A DNA stretch of 22,612 nucleotides, taken from the NCBI GenBank assembly GCA_028698185.1, contig JAQVDW010000028.1:1-22612 (forward strand), written 5' to 3'. Numbering within the stretch: the stretch's first letter is position 1; each line of letters starts with the position of its first letter. Origin of the DNA: Erysipelotrichaceae bacterium (GTDB lineage: Bacteria; Bacillota_I; Bacilli_A; Erysipelotrichales; Coprobacillaceae). The position numbers were made by a program, and so were the translations under genes. The notes under the pieces were generated by a model, which was given only the letters and a program-made list of their open reading frames with translations, was not told the DNA's origin and ran no database searches. Below, piece by piece: positions 21,633 through 22,612 of this stretch.

Positions 21633-21974
21633 CTAGCCAAGTGCTGCTTCATCTTCTTCGCCGGTACGAATTCTGATAGTTTTCTCAACGGCGTAAACAA
21701 AAATTTTACCGTCACCAACTTGACCAGTTCGCAATTTGGCTTTGATTTCTTCAATAATTTTTTGCGCCTTTTCGGTTGGCAGCACGACCTCAACTTTCAT
21801 TTTGGATACAAAGTTGACGTTGAACTTCGTCCCGCGATATTGTTCCGTATAGCCCAACTGGCTACCGAACCCCATTACATTGGAAATGTTCATTCCTTTC
21901 ACTTCGTTATCCATCAATAACTCTTTCAAAGCATCCAACTTTTCAGGTCTGATAATTATTTCTAACTTTTTCAT
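21633..21974 (-). CDS. glnK: P-II family nitrogen regulatory protein (GlnK-type, paired with amtB)
   Basis: 113 aa. It aligns without gaps to E. coli GlnK as I recall it. T-loop GFGSQLGYTEQYRGTKF, plus TGQVGDGKIFV and RIRTGEEDEAAL motifs. Strong AAGGAGGAGG RBS at 21982-21991. Confidence 0.93.
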   Translation of the reverse strand: MKKLEIIIRPEKLDALKELLMDNEVKGMNISNVMGFGSQLGYTEQYRGTKFNVNFVSKMKVEVVLPTEKAQKIIEEIKAKLRTGQVGDGKIFVYAVEKTIRIRTGEEDEAALG

Positions 21975-22001
21975 TTTGTTGCCTCCTCCTTGCTTGAGAA
22001 G

Positions 22002-22030
22002 AATATATCACAATGATAAAAGTGTGTCAA
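22002..22030 (-). promoter_or_regulatory. Near-consensus sigma-A promoter for glnK-amtB: TTGACA-17-(TGa)TATATT
   Basis: On the minus strand, TTGACA (22030-22025), an exact 17-nt spacer and TGATATATT (22010-22002). A very AT-rich, UP-element-like stretch lies upstream at 22031-22080. Confidence 0.65.
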
Positions 22031-22109
22031 CACTATTTTATTATATTAATAATAATTTGTTATAATATTGTTAATTTATTTAAGCTGGCCGGAAAAATAT
22101 TAGTGCAAC

Positions 22110-22131
22110 AAAAAAAGAGCCTCTTAGGCTC
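22110..22131 (-). terminator. Rho-independent terminator after the flavodoxin-like gene
   Basis: The minus strand reads GAGCC-TAAGA-GGCTC followed by TTTTTTT. The stem overlaps the TGA stop. The stem is only 5 bp. Confidence 0.5.
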
Positions 22132-22555
22132 AATAGTAATCGCGGACGATATTAACCATATCTTCCAGATAAACCCGGGCATCGTCGATCACATCGGTCT
22201 CGATTTCATTTCGTTTGAATAGCGACTGTTTGAAGCAGTACTGCTGCCGCATTAATGGAATATCATATTTATATGCTAAATCGACTGTGGATTTGAGTTT
22301 TTTATTATTAAAATAATACCCGGTAATGAAAATCACATTCTTGACTTGGTCGCGACTCACTTTATGGATAAATCGTTCAAGCTCTTTATCTTTGCCAAAG
22401 CCATCCCCAAATGAAATAATCAGAAGATCGATCTTTTCATCGAATTCGAAATCTTTCATCTTGCTTGCCCGGACGTTGAGATAGCGGGCCAATTCATTGG
22501 CGACGGTTTCAATATATGGCGTCTTATGTGAGTAAACAATTCTTATGACCATCAT
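22130..22555 (-). CDS. Hypothetical protein, flavodoxin-like fold suspected
   Basis: 141 aa. The beta-alpha pattern VIRIVYSHKTPYIETVANELARYL...IDLLIISFGDGFG...VKNVIFITGYY resembles short flavodoxin-domain proteins. The phosphate-binding loop is not canonical. ATG at 22555/22552 follows GAAGGTGA. Confidence 0.35.
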   Translation of the reverse strand: MMVIRIVYSHKTPYIETVANELARYLNVRASKMKDFEFDEKIDLLIISFGDGFGKDKELERFIHKVSRDQVKNVIFITGYYFNNKKLKSTVDLAYKYDIPLMRQQYCFKQSLFKRNEIETDVIDDARVYLEDMVNIVRDYY

Positions 22556-22612
22556 ATCACCTTCCCATAAACATAATATTACACGATTATGAACTAAAAA
22601 TTAAGTACTTTT

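Noticed and set aside
22058-22066. A plus-strand extended -10-like TGtTATAAT in the glnK upstream region, which could drive antisense transcription into the flavodoxin-like gene.
   Set aside because: The -35 is poor (TTATTA) and there is no downstream plus-strand gene. The motif coincides with the TTGTTA repeat in roughly 25% GC DNA, where such hexamers arise by chance.
21975-22130. A canonical TnrA/GlnR operator (TGTNA-N7-TNACA) upstream of glnK-amtB.
   Set aside because: I scanned both strands by eye. The best candidates, TGTTATAATATTGTTAA and TGTTAATTTATTTAAGC, each match only one half-site.
22013-22222. A 69-aa plus-strand ORF starting in the glnK upstream region with a hydrophobic N-terminus (YFIILIIICYNIVNLF). 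I briefly considered it as a type I toxin-like small membrane peptide.
   Set aside because: It has no credible Shine-Dalgarno and starts inside the -35/-10 spacer of the opposite-strand promoter. It runs through a terminator hairpin into the antisense strand of the next gene. The hydrophobicity is what an AT-rich (T-rich) sequence gives by default.

Overview
About 22.6 kb of densely packed core chromosome, with 24 of 25 CDS on the minus strand. It looks like a low/mid-GC Bacillota genome (Bacilli or Erysipelotrichia-like). The standard genetic code applies: TGA terminates the SEDS gene, the camS-like gene and the last gene, and conserved Trp residues are TGG. Reading the minus strand from right to left, the content is: a flavodoxin-like orphan; glnK-amtB; a Dabb-domain gene; def (the only plus-strand gene); an FtsX-type ABC transporter pair; and a long gap-free unit of UPF0223, SEDS (FtsW/RodA), YlbF-like, rsmD, coaD, pyrB, pyrC, pyrK, pyrD and pcrA. 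After a terminator and a new promoter come ligA, a camS-like lipoprotein, gatC, gatA, gatB, an unknown bitopic membrane protein and rlmD (truncated at the window edge). I found no tRNA/rRNA genes, CRISPR arrays, transposases, integrases, phage genes or recognisable defence or toxin modules, and no intergenic region longer than about 155 nt. I cannot support a novel multi-gene system in this window. The points most worth a second look are modest. First, a leaderless partial pyrimidine cluster is translationally fused into a housekeeping super-operon. Second, the glnK-amtB control region has a near-consensus promoter and no TnrA/GlnR box. Third, a compact tandem-FtsX permease lacks an extracellular domain. 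Fourth, there are two orphan proteins of unknown function. All functional calls come from motif recognition by eye, and no database searches were run.
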